From Plasmodiophora brassicae (lineage: Eukaryota): a DNA stretch of 64,000 nucleotides. The notes under the pieces were generated by a model, which saw nothing but the letters and a program-made list of their open reading frames with translations, did not search any database and was not told the origin of the DNA. Numbering within the stretch: position 1 is the stretch's first letter; each line of letters starts with the position of its first letter. The translations under genes were made by a program, and so were the position numbers. Positions 47,155 to 58,916 of this stretch are shown here, piece by piece. The stretch covers positions 744,001 to 808,000 of the forward strand of contig CP145416.1 in the NCBI GenBank assembly GCA_036867785.1. Reading direction: 5' to 3'.

Positions 47155-48708
47155 ATGCGGTGCGATGCGCTCTGTGTATGGGTCGCACTGGACACCTACA
47201 TCCGATACGCTAGAGTATGGGCAGCGATAACGTTCCCGATGGAGACAAACGGCCCCCTGGCAGGCGCGTCTGTATACTCACCGCCTCTGACGCAGTATAT
47301 CGGGCCACAGCCAGAGGATCCAATGGACCCCGTGCTCGCCACTCTGATCGTATACCAAGGCAACATCTGCAACGCAGACACCGTCGATGCCGATGTCGTT
47401 CGGGACAAGGCGGTCGTTGTCGGGCCCAACTTTGAAACAGCCTGCTCTCAGGAGCAAACATACCTGGCATTCCAGTCGAAAGGCGCAGCTGCCATCTTGA
47501 GTCAGAATGCGCCCAGTGTGCAACTGTGTCAGCAACCTGACGTTGTGCCTGCAGGCTGGAGCTATACACCAGGCAATATGGTGTACTCGCATGATGGGTC
47601 CAGAGGCGCCCGAACGCGCGCCTTGAAAATGCTGTCACTCGAATTCGCGTATACCGACGACGTGTACAATGCCATGGTAGGGACGGCCAACTTGACAGTA
47701 TCGCTGCTCCCCGATCCCAACGTCTGGGTGCCAGCGTTCGCATCGGCTCCATACCAAATCTTTCTGAGATGGTTGCCGGCGTGCATGCTGTCATCCGCGG
47801 GTATCGCTGCCATGGTGTTCGGTGTCGTGCATTACCGGCGAATGCACGAAAAGTATATGCACGACGTCCCCGAGAGCGCACAGTCTCTTAGAAGATGGTT
47901 CGAATATCTCCAGCCTCGGCTTGGCCCGCAGCACCTTGCGCTCATTGTCGAGTCGGTGTCGGCGACGACGCTCGGCGTGGTTGCGTTTGCCATCGGAGGG
48001 TTCTTTTCAACGCCAAACCTGCCCGCTCCGGCGATGCTGTTCTTCACCACGCTCATGTCCGGATTCGGGTACGTATCAACCATCATGTCGTCCATCGTGT
48101 GGAGCCGTCAGCTGCACCGCGCCCTGCCAACCTCGAGTGCAACGTCCCGGGTGGCGTCCACTCTTCGTGGCGACTATCCGTGGGCCACCGCCCTCCTCTG
48201 CTTGATCCCGCTGGCAATCGACACGTTCATGTCGGTGCTGTACGCCGCCTACTTCGAAACGTCACTCACGGACACGCTCAACTCGCTGATGTTCGCTGGA
48301 CTCCAGATCATGGTCAGCGGGCATCTCATCTTCAGCGTCCGCGCGTACTATAAGGAAGCCCGTCTGGTGACGTTCGCAGCGGCGAACGACCGCCCGGTAG
48401 ATTCGGCGCTGCAGGGCGTTCTTCGTCGCTTGAGCCGGTGCGCTCTCGGGCTGTCAGTCTCAATGCTGATCTACGTGGCGGGCCTCGTCGTCATGGCAAC
48501 GTCTCCAGCGTTCTTCTACTCGCCGACCGGATGGACCCTGACCTGGTCCTGCGTCGTCATGGGCCGCGCCCTCGACTCCATATTCCGCGTCCTGATGTTC
48601 ATGCCCCGCCTCATCTGGCAGTCTGGCATGCCGACGAAACTCCAGCTGATCTCCAACAAGTCTGGGGACAATAATCGTCACTATGCCAGTGGAAAGAGTC
48701 AAGAGTGA
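47155..48708 (+). CDS. Membrane protein with signal peptide, PA-like ectodomain and ~7 TM helices (copy 1)
   Basis: VRDKAVVV....CSQEQTYLAFQSKGAAAIL is PA-like and is followed by about seven hydrophobic segments. A 54-nt in-frame intron at 47501-47554 is inferred from the paralog. Confidence 0.78.
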   Translation: MRCDALCVWVALDTYIRYARVWAAITFPMETNGPLAGASVYSPPLTQYIGPQPEDPMDPVLATLIVYQGNICNADTVDADVVRDKAVVVGPNFETACSQEQTYLAFQSKGAAAILSQNAPSVQLCQQPDVVPAGWSYTPGNMVYSHDGSRGARTRALKMLSLEFAYTDDVYNAMVGTANLTVSLLPDPNVWVPAFASAPYQIFLRWLPACMLSSAGIAAMVFGVVHYRRMHEKYMHDVPESAQSLRRWFEYLQPRLGPQHLALIVESVSATTLGVVAFAIGGFFSTPNLPAPAMLFFTTLMSGFGYVSTIMSSIVWSRQLHRALPTSSATSRVASTLRGDYPWATALLCLIPLAIDTFMSVLYAAYFETSLTDTLNSLMFAGLQIMVSGHLIFSVRAYYKEARLVTFAAANDRPVDSALQGVLRRLSRCALGLSVSMLIYVAGLVVMATSPAFFYSPTGWTLTWSCVVMGRALDSIFRVLMFMPRLIWQSGMPTKLQLISNKSGDNNRHYASGKSQE

Positions 48709-48807
48709 AAGCCATGACATGATACCGTGCATGCTATTCTTGTACGGCCAGTAGTAGGCAAATGTGCCAGTGGAAAGAGTCAAGAGTGAAAGCCATGACA
48801 TGATACC
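48684..48807 (+). repeat. 43-bp perfect direct repeat spanning the stop codon of copy 1
   Basis: tgccagtggaaagagtcaagagtgaaagccatgacatgatacc at 48684-48726 and 48765-48807. Confidence 0.92.
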
Positions 48808-48901
48808 ATGAACAGGCAGGATACTGTCGTAAGAATCTGGTTAGGTTGGTATCTAGTCGCGTGCGTTGATCCGGGCATCTAGGCGGATGAAAAAGCACCC
48901 G

Positions 48902-50456
48902 ATGCGGCGTGGCGTCTGGGAGTGGGTTCTGGTTCTTGGAACCTGCATCCGGAGCATTGGAGCATGGGCATCGATCACGTTCCCGAACGAGGCGGCCGGC
49001 CCACTGGCAGGCGCGTCGGTTTACTCGCCAGCCCTGACGCAGTACATCGGACCACAGCCGGAAGACCAAATCGACCCTGTGTTCGCCGTCTTGCTTGCCT
49101 ATCAAGGCAGCATTTGCGATGCAGATGGCATCTCTGCCGATATCGTTCGGGACAAGGCTGTCATTGTCGGCCCCATTTTCGAGACAGCCTGCTCTCAGGA
49201 GCAGACGTACCTGGCATTCCAGTCCAAGGGTGCCGCTGCGATCCTGAGTCAGTGAATCGTTCCATATGCCAGCGTATCGCCAACCTAACAGCTGTCTGCC
49301 TGCAGGCTGGAGCTACACGCCAGGCAACAACGCGTATTCGCACGACGGGTCCAGAGGAGCCCGGACGAGGTCGTTGAAAATGCTATCTCTGGAATTCGCG
49401 TACACCGAAAGCGTGTACAATGCCATGGTGACGACGACCAACTTAACGGTGGCATTGTTCCCCGATCCAAACGTATGGGTGCCGGCACTCACGTCGGCAC
49501 CGTACCAGATCTTCTTGAGATGGTTGCCGGCGTGCATGCTATCGTTTGCAGGTCTCGCTGCCACAGTATTCGCCACCATGCATTACCAGCGAATGCTCAT
49601 GAAGTACAAGAGCGATGTTCCCGAGAATTTGCAAACCCTCAGTCGATGGGTCCAGTACGTTCAGGCACATTTCGGCCCACAGCACCTCGCTCTTATCGTC
49701 GAGTCGCTTAGTGCGACAACGCTCGGCGTTGTCGCGTTTGGTATTGGAGGGTTCTTCTCAACACCGAACCTCCCTCTGTCCGCAGTGCTGTTCTTCATCA
49801 CACTCCTGTCCGGATTCGGGTTCGTATCAACCATTATGTCCTCCATTGTGTGGAGTCGTCAGCTGCACCGCGCTCTCCCTGGCGCTGCTTCTTCATCTCG
49901 CCTAACGTCCATTTTACGAGGCGACCATCGATGGGCCACCGCCGTCCTCTGCGTCATTCCCTTGGTAATCGACACGTTCACCTCAGTGTTGTACGCCGCG
50001 TATTTCGAAACGTCGCTAACGGATACGCTGAACTCTTGCATATTTGCCTCACTACAGATCATGGTCAGCGGGCATTTGATCGTCAGTGTTCGCGCGTACT
50101 ATAGGGAGGCTCGCTGGGTGACGCTTGCGGCGGCGACGGATCGTCCAAAGGACCAGGCGCTGCAGGCCGTCCTTCTCCGTCTGAGCCGCTGTGCTCTCGG
50201 GCTATCGATCTCAATGTTAAGCTACGTGGCCGGTCTCGTTGGTATTGCGGTCTTCCCAGAGTTCTTCTATTCGCCGACTGGCTGGACCCTGATCTGGTCC
50301 TGCATTGTAATGGGCCGTTCTCTCGATTCGGTATTCCGTGTCCTGATGTTCATGCCTCGCCTCACGTGGCACACCGGCTCGCACGTGCGTTCCACCAAGT
50401 CAGATGGCAAACCCTGGGGCACTACGCGAGACGCGAAAGCAAGCGAAACAGTCTAA
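48902..50456 (+). CDS. Tandem paralog of the PA-like/7TM protein (copy 2)
   Basis: Collinear and highly similar to 47155-48708. A 58-nt intron at 49248-49305 sits at the same position and restores LSWSYTPG. Confidence 0.8.
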
Positions 50457-52290
50457 AGCGTTACGGAAGCGGTCAACGTTTTCGATGTTTAAACATCTGT
50501 TTGACCGTTTGAGCATGGACACCCGGGATCTGCGTTCCTGGCACAGGAACGGTATATGGCAACCGTCCTACATAGCGAGAGATCAACGGTATCGCGCGAA
50601 CGCAACCAGTTGTGAAGAACAAGCCTACCGTAGCGTGCACCGGATAGACTTGAGAATGACGACTGAAGAACCAGGACGCCGAGTCAAGGCCTGGGCATCT
50701 GGGTTGGTGCCGGAACGTGGCTGCACTCCAGACGTCGAAGGTGACGGGCGCGAGTCACTGTGGTGATGGCTCGCGACATCCGTATCGATTACCTAGAGAC
50801 ACCCCCCACCATCGCGCCAGTGTCGATATGTAGTTGGTCGCGATCCCGCCATGCCGTTGACCTCTGGGATGGTTGGCGTAGAGTACGGCTTTCATAACAG
50901 GAATACTGGGTGCCTGTCGACGTCGATCCCAATAGGCAATAGCTGATGGCTGATGGGCGATGGGGCTCAGGTATTTTGTATTATACACGCTCAGGCCATG
51001 AAGAGTGTATAATACAGCATTACATGTATAGAATCTGGGGAGACAGCCGGGAGAGGGCGAGAGGGGCTCAGGACAGGCGCCACGACAAACTATGTCGGAA
51101 CGGGATTGATCGCACCCCTTTCCCTTCCTCAGATTCGACAATCTCTAAGGGGCGCGCGAGACCGATTGTAGCGATCGGCGGACGTCCAGGGCGCCGCCTG
51201 AGGAGCAGGTCGGCGCGACGCTGGCCCCGCCCCGCCTACGCAGACGTCTGCTGCCCTGCAGGTGCTCATGCTGGACGGACGACGGCAGGGATGGGCAGGC
51301 GTGTCCTGTCCAGCACGTGACAGAGCGCCTGGGCGCCTCTGCATCAGACGACCACTGGAACCTGTGCTGAAGGTGCAGGACGTTCACCCGGACAGGTCGA
51401 GCACGTCGGCAGGAACCCAGCAGGAGGAGTTTTGGTCGTCTTGGGTCCGTTCGGCAGTGCCGCTGGGAGGCGGCGACTTCGGTGCGGGTGCAGGCAGGCG
51501 CGTCAGGGTGTCAAGGGCCCGCGACGTGCGATGCCGATACACCGGCAAGTCGGGCGGGCGTGTACGACGATGCAGTGGGCGCCGTCGGGATGTTTATGCC
51601 CTACTTGGATTGAACGGTTCTCGTTGTGGCAATATATGGATGAGGGCGGGTCGCCGATGGACGCAGGCGTTCGCATGTCGACCGGCGGCAACGGACGCTG
51701 AGCGCCGCCGACCTGCTGCTGGGCAGCATGCAGGGCGCTTACGTCCGTCCTTCCAGCCGCACACGACCGGCGCTTGTCAATAGAACGACGATGACGCCTG
51801 CTTAATCGGCTGCGGGGTGGTCAAATAACGATATATGACACCCTGGGAAGGACGATACATGGAAGGGTCCCATAAGAGGCATGCCGGCGATGGCTGGGCG
51901 GAAGGAACCCCGGCATTCGGCAACCATGCACGGGACGTCGGGACCGAGCTCGGCTAACCGCCCAGACAAAGCACGGTCCCTTCGAACCCTGTTTTTTTGG
52001 GGCCGATTTCTTCTTGCGTCTTGCGTTGTCACCTGTCAGGAGTCGGCGACGCGCACCTGTGCTGAAGATGCAGGACGTCGCACGCTTACACACTGACTCG
52101 TGCACGGGGGAGTTGGGTGCACCGCGCGTCCGCGCCGCGATCTGCCCACGATACCGCACCCCGCACCCGCCGCCCGGCGGGACTTTGGAGGCACTCACCT
52201 GTCTTTTGCGAGGGTACACCTGTCAGAACGTAGAGACCCCCTACGTGGCCCATCGCCCCGTGCCCGTGGGCCGTGCCGCCGTGGGCCGCT

Positions 52291-52364
52291 TGCAGTTGCG
52301 GACTTGTGGGTGTTCGTTCGCCTGTTGCCCGCTGCAGTTGCGGACTTGTGGGTGTTCATTCGCC
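52291..52364 (+). repeat. 32-bp direct repeat, 42-bp period
   Basis: tgcagttgcggacttgtgggtgttc(g/a)ttcgcc at 52291 and 52333. Confidence 0.85.
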
Positions 52365-52456
52365 ACTTTGCTGACTGTGGCCGCTGGTACGTTCCGACGC
52401 GGCACGCAGTCGTACCATGGGCCCAGGTGCGCATCGGGGACGCCCGGCGTCGCCGA

Positions 52457-53416
52457 AAGCAGCGACAGGAGGTTGTGACGTGGGGACGGGCCGAAGGAGG
52501 TGCAGGGCGGCTACGGGGCAAGAGGATGGCGACTAGCGAGGGCGACGTCGCACACGCGCGATCTCCTGACGCGGACGACGATTGTCAGCTTGAATTCGTG
52601 CGTTGCCAGCTGGAACGCGACACAGCTGACTTTGTAGGTCATGAACAATCTGACGGAGCTGTTCAACCTCTCTATGTAAACCTGTGAAACGTGATGTGAA
52701 CATCAGTTCTGCTTTCATTGTGGCACATCCGCATGGTGATAAGCAGTATGTCGAGCATGCAGGCGCCTGAACCATTGTGTAGAATGGGATCGATCGAGCA
52801 ATGAAAGGTTCATAATCCAAACCAACTCGCCATATGGAGTCAACTGGGAGGCGAGAGGGGATCCCGCCCTTGGACCTATCCAGGTTAGCCCAGGGATCGA
52901 CTATCTCGCCGCCCGCCGTTGGCGAGCCAAATCATGTACCTTCAGGCTCTCCAACGGCCGGCGGCGAGATAGGCGATCCCTGTTCTAAACCGGATAGGTC
53001 CAAGGGCGGGATCCCCTCTCGCCTCCCAGTTGACTCCATATGGCGAGTTGGTTTGGATTATGAACCTTTCATTGCTCGATCGATCCCATTCTACACAATG
53101 GTTCAGGCGCCTGCATGCTCGACATACTGCTTACCACCATGCGGATGTGCCACAATGAAAGCAGAACTGATGTTCACATCACGTTTCACAGGTTTACATA
53201 GAGAGGTTGAACAGCTCCGTCAGATTGTTCATGACCTACAAAGTCAGCTGTGTCGCGTTCCAGCTGGCAACGCACGAATTCAAGCTGACAATCGTCGTCT
53301 GCGTCAGGAGATCGCGCGTGTGCGACGTCGCCCTCGCTAGTCGCCATCCTCTTGCCCCGTAGCCGCCCTGCACCTCCTTCGGCCCGTCCCCACGTCACAA
53401 CCTCCTGTCGCTGCTT
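52457..53416. repeat. 960-bp near-perfect palindrome (472-bp arms, 16-nt loop)
   Basis: 52457-52928 is the reverse complement of 52945-53416, with loop aaatcatgtaccttca. The ORF track shows mirrored ORFs. Confidence 0.97.
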
Positions 53417-54042
53417 GCCTATCCGACTATCCGTCATGATAAACAAACGTGTCTGCCTGCCACGGCCCAGCCTGGCCAGCTCTTGAGGAAACATATAAAC
53501 GCTTTCCAGGGCATTTCCATTCTGGAGGACGGTGACGGATGTTAGTGGTGACCACCGATTGAGGGCCCCGGTTGGACCTTTGGCCTCGTCCGAAGCTATA
53601 GGACGTCGGCGTTAGCCCAGAGCGCGGCCCTCAGGATGATTGCTGTTCGAGAGAGCGTTTCCGAAAAGGCATTATGGTTAGAGTACAACACTCCATTGGC
53701 CAGGGCCACACGGCTATCTGACACGTTGCACTGCGACAGGAGCTGTGTGCGGACTGCTGGTTGCAATATGAATGAAAAGGTCCTGAACGAGTCCCGCGTT
53801 GGCGCCCTAGGAGGGGGGACACTGGGAAGACCCGTTCACGTCGCTAATGGACTGACTGCAGCCGCCCTGGACATGCGCCGTCCCGCTGTTGACGTTGCTA
53901 CGCTAGATGGACGCTGTCAGCACCGCCGGGAACGTCAGTTTGGGCCTTCGAGGATGACGCTCAGTTCGAGACGGATTACGTCTTCCTCGAGCTGCTTCGC
54001 AACTCGAATCAGGCCAAGGGAACAGATCACGTCCCGCGGCCG

Positions 54043-54827
54043 ATGGCGGATGATATGTCGACGTCTGTTGTCGAGATGACGTCGATGGCATGTCGCGAGT
54101 GTAGGTTGGCCCCCCAAAGTCTGATTGGTGTATTTTGACGGCGATGCGCCCGACACCGCACCTGGGGTCAGCGCTGCGGCGACGATTTAGCGCCTGGATT
54201 GCGCCTGGGGCCGTCGTCGGCACGAACGTACGGCTCGGGAAGAAGTCGTCCGTCTGGTACAACAGCGTCGTACGAGGTGCGTGCTGTGGCCGAGCGCGCG
54301 CGCGCGCTCGCTCTTGAGTGACGTGCCTGTCAGGAGACGTGGCTGTTGGACCGGAGTCGAATATTCAAGATGGGTCGGTGGTCCTGGGGGACGCCAATAG
54401 CCCAACCGCAATTGGGGTGGAATCGGTTGACGTGTTCTACGTGTGGCAATGTCCTGATGCTCTGCGTTTGGCAGAAAGGGGTCACGGTTGGGCATGCGGC
54501 CCGGATTGTGTCGAGCACGATTGGGAGTTATAGTCTCGTTGGCATCGGGTCGGTGATTGTCCATGCAGAATTGCAGGAACGATCGCAAGTGGCGGCTGGC
54601 GCCGTTGTGCATCCCGGATCCGTCGTGCAGACTGGACAGGTTCTGTGACATCCTGCCGATCGCGCTCGCTGGCACGATGATTCATTTCCTGCCTTCAGCT
54701 TTGGGGTGGCAATCCGGCCAGGTATCTTCGAGATATGAAACCAGAAGAGTCCGCCTTCCTGGAAGAATCCGCTCGCATTTACGTGAAGAACGCCGACGCG
54801 CACCGATCGAACGAACCCGTTGAGTAG
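54043..54827 (+). CDS. Gamma carbonic anhydrase-like hexapeptide-repeat protein (multi-exon, start uncertain)
   Basis: AWIAPGAVVGTNVRLGKKSSVWYNSVVRG|DVAVGPESNIQDG...GVTVGHAA...VAAGAVV..GQ|LWGGNPARYLRDMKPEE. Confidence 0.85.
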
Positions 54828-54958
54828 GCGCACGTCGCATGCAAGACACGAATTAGATGACAGTGTATTCGGGCCTGTCTTTGCTTGATTATGACTGAGC
54901 GTAACGGCAGAACGAATATGCTTCCTGGCGCGACGGACCCGCGATCTGAAGCGCCTAC

Positions 54959-56189
54959 CTAGTTTGGCAGCGTGATCGTGCACGACGTGGCAACGCCGTT
55001 CGCGTCGGTCGTGGTCGAGATCGGGTTTGGAACGTTGAGGAGGCCAACGCAGTTCAGGCCATCAGCCCCCAACGCTCCCCTGTTGACAGAGTGTAAGCGC
55101 TCGTCATCTGTTGCCGCAGCGTTCCACGTTACTGGAGACGGGCACAGAGGAACGTGAACAGGTTGTTGCCGGTGGCCGGGTCGACGGACGTTGCGTTCGC
55201 CGTCCACTTCGAGTCGAGCTGGATTCGGGCCGGACCGATGCTCAGAAGGTTCTGGCAGAAATCCTTCGTAGACGCCGGCGCGCATGGCGGTTGATTAACG
55301 CCCTGGCGGTACAGAGCGAGCTTGTCCATCGACTCGCCGCCATTCACGAGGATCATGCCGTCACCCAGCGGGACCAGGGCGAGTGGCGGCTCTAACGGGC
55401 AGGGATCAGATCTGATTCAGATACGCCATTTCGGGACGTACGCTGGTGCTTGGCGGCCGACAGTTCGTTCAACGCTTGCGATCCAACCAGGGCGTTGTCG
55501 TCGGCCAGGTTAGGAGCCTGGAACGCCGAGCAGCCCAGGACACCATCGACAACCTCCAGGAGACGATTGTCACTCCCGTTCGCGAGGACCGTGAAGTTCT
55601 TCAGTTTCTTGCGGTTCGCTGCGGTGTCCTGGGCCAGCTTCTTGTCTGCCGACAGCAGGTACTGGGTCACGACGTTGTCGCTTGGGTCCATGTCGACGTG
55701 GCCAAAGTCACGCGTGGTCAAGCAGGGTTTCCCATCAACGGCGGTGCCCAGTGGCGGCACGGGAACAGCCTGGGTCGCCGCGAACCACTCCTTGGCGTTG
55801 CAGAACGCCACCTGGCCGAACAGTGAGCTGCCCAGGCCGTTCACACAGTTGCCCGTCGCCAGACCGGGCCCCGTCAGCGTGATCGAGTCCGCGTTCGATC
55901 CAAACCAGAGCCCGACAACAGCGTTCTTGGGAAGCTTCGGCTTCTTCGGCATGATGGCTGGCTTCGTGCCGTCGTTGATCAACAGCGGGCTGTAGACGGA
56001 GACCTGGTTGTTGGCCGGATCGTAGACCATGCCCTCAATGAACGACGCTTGCGCCCGGTCTGTCTGGTCGCATCCTTTCACGGTGAAGGGCGTGGCCAGG
56101 CCCTTGGCCGACAACGGGTCCGCGGGAATGTTGATCACGCACTGGGCGCTGATCAGCGCCGGTAGCGCAAGCAGGACGATCGCCTTCAT
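54959..56189 (-). CDS. Secreted Cys-rich protein of an uncharacterised family (2 introns)
   Basis: Signal peptide MKAIVLLALPALISA, then motifs IPADPLSAKGLATP, AVVGLWFGSN, CVNG....FGQVAFCNA, PPLGTAVDGKPC.TTRDF..VD.D.SDNVVTQY, NGSDNRL and NNLFTFL. Confidence 0.8.
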
Positions 56190-56507
56190 GGTTGGAGCGC
56201 AGTTTCACGAATAACATAGTTCAGGGGTACCCTCGTGGCACCTCATGACTGCGACCGGCTGTGACGTTCTCGAATATTCCGGGCCTGTCCCAGTCGCACA
56301 ACGGAAACCGCCGACACGCGGCATGCATCTCGAATATTCCGGACCACTGGCGGTCCGCCTCATGGGGTAGCCAGCGCGTTCAATCCAGAGGATGGGGCGG
56401 GGAAGTGTCGCACGCGTCCCTACGCCAGTGCTGGATCGTCATCCGGCGCAGTCGGGTGCCCGGGACGACTCTGCAGCGGCGGAGTTCCCGCGACACGACG
56501 AGGTCAG

Positions 56508-58847
56508 ATGCGGTGCACCGCGCTGGACGCCAGCCTCGGCACGCCGTACCTGCCGCCGTTCACCGATGCCGATTTCGGGGTCGGCGCCGGCCTGGCGATG
56601 CCGTTCGACAATGGGAGGACCGTGAACGACGACGGTGAGGGCCGGGTTCGTGTGTTCGCGGGCGGTGCTCGCTGATTGCGTGCAGATGGGCGATGCATGG
56701 TTGCCGTTGGCGGGTCGTACACGTTGGTCCAGAACGAGGAGATCGACCACCGGGTACAGAGCGAACGAATGCGTTGGTCGGGAGCGTCAGCGAAGTCGAT
56801 AATGACGGCGAGCACGGACTGGCTGCGGATCATGCTCCCGTTCCATGGCGTCCCGCGCCCGTTGCTCGATGGCTTGCTGCGCGAGGACATGGAATTATGG
56901 CGAATGGAACGATTCCATTACCTGCGAGGGAATTCTGTGCGACTGTTCCATTCGCATGACCACGCCGACGGCCTCCTGTTCGCGACTGGCCCCATGATGA
57001 ACTGTGTGTCCGCTGGGATCTTGTCCAGTGCACAAACGCGTTCGTCGTCGTCGTCGTCGTCGTCCAGACTCGGAAGCGGTCATCCCCGCTTCATGACTGT
57101 TCAGGATTCTGTTGATCTATCGTCGACTGTAATTCATTTGTCGCCGGTACCGCTTCAGTCGGAATCGGCGCTGCGATCTGATCAGCTTGTCGTGGCGTCC
57201 ATGAGTACCCCACAGGTTCACTTGCTGCGACTGTCCAACGTCGGCGTTGGGTCGTTCCACATTGACGACCTTCAGACGATCCCGTTAGGGCAAGCTCGCC
57301 CGTTCCCGTCGTTTGCCAACAACGTCATCCAGCATGAGTGTGCCATCCTTGCCGAGGATGGTCGAATGGTCTTGTGGGATGCTAGCGCCATGCAGACCTC
57401 GGCAGTGTTCACTGTCGAAGATGGCCCACCTGTAAGAACAGTGTCAAACCGTTCAAGTATCGACGGTTCACTCATCGTGGTGTTCGTCCAGTGGCTCCGC
57501 GGCGCCTACGCGGCACATCCGCGTGTTGTTCTCGTTGCGTCCCAACGTGCCGTTCGTCGAATTGACGTACGAGACCGTATGCAGCAAACTGCCAGGGAGG
57601 TGGTCTCTGGGTTCACTCCTGACGGACCGGCTGTCATCACCGCGTTTGATCGCTGTCCTGCAGACGCGTTTCGATTCGCGCTCGTTGACTGGTCGCGGGT
57701 GGCCCTGTACGATGAGCGCTACACGTCGCGACCGCTGCTGCAGTGGTTGCATCATCGCAACGACCAACGGCACGACCAGGTTATCGTGCACGAATTCGAC
57801 AGCGAACAGCAGGCGATTGTGACGTACTCCAGCGAGTCGTCAGCAGTCGATGTGTACCGATTCGCGTCGGATGGGCGCGTCTCGCTTGGAAACTGCCAGG
57901 CGCTGGACACTGTTGCTGGGGGTGTCGACCTGTGCGGCCTTGCCATCAGCAGTGATTTGCATCGCCATCAAGGGCCCGGCTGCGACATCATTCGTCTAAC
58001 CGGACGAGGCACCCTGATTGGGAGGCAATACCGCGTTGAGCAGGATACGAACAGTGAACGAGACCCGTGCCCTCGCGATGTCCACGAAGAACCATGCCCG
58101 GAGCTTCTTCGATCAACGTTGGTGCCGTTCGACACGATCGACATGGAGCTGACGTACAACGATATCATTCAAGATGACGGCCCTGCACTGCAGGTGCACT
58201 CTCTTGAAAGTTCGCTGTATGCGATCCTGGAAGACCTTGTCGACTTCCTAAGGCATCCAAGACCGCTGCCAGAAGTCATCGACTTCATTGTCGCCAAACA
58301 TCCTTCCCTGAACCGGCTCGCCAGCCGGACGTTCTTCGACGGGTTCAGCGCTTTCGCTGCAGGAAACGGTATCAGAATTCGGACGCAGGTGCTCCATGAC
58401 ACTGTTCAATGCACTGCTGTGGGACCCACTCCAGATCTGCCACCGGGTTCCAGCGTATGCACCTGCTCAGTGTCCGATATCGAGGATGGGACGTGGCGTC
58501 CTCGCCCATCTTGTCGATCCCTGCAGGCCTGTACTGCTCTCTGCAGCGTTGTTGTTGACGCGTCCGCGTCGATACATGAAGCCCTGCAGGCTGAACTGTT
58601 TGCAACATGGGCTCACGCCCGAATGAGCGGCGCTGCTGCGTCATCGGCATCGTCCCGGGTCGACCTGTCGCTGGACATCAACGCCTTGATTGGCATCATG
58701 TCGCAGGATGTCGAGGAGCAGCAGCCATCGGCACCGCACGCGCCCCGAAACAATCCATCCGAGGACCCACCTCATGAGATGTTCGAGAAGTTGACGCAGA
58801 CCTGGCAAGGCATGGCGGCGAACCTTCGCGACGACCGGCCGCCTTAG
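56508..58847 (+). CDS. TAF1C/Rrn6-like RNA polymerase I initiation factor subunit (beta-propeller)
   Basis: W.RGAYAAHPRVVLVASQRAVRRIDVR and VALYDERYTSRPLLQWLH resemble the TAF1C/Rrn6 conserved blocks. The 5' exon from ATG 56508 is inferred. Confidence 0.6.
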
Positions 58848-58916
58848 GTAAGCGACCCGCCGTTGCTGTCCAACAATAACTAACGCCTGCGTTGTATCGT
58901 ACAGAACGGATGTGGG

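Noticed and set aside
48684-48807. CRISPR-like repeat-spacer-repeat
   Set aside because: Only two units, overlapping a coding end, in a eukaryotic context with no cas genes.
51840-51998. Pol III ncRNA/tRNA-like element ending in a T7 run
   Set aside because: It has only a partial B-box (cttcgaacc), with no cloverleaf or A-box.
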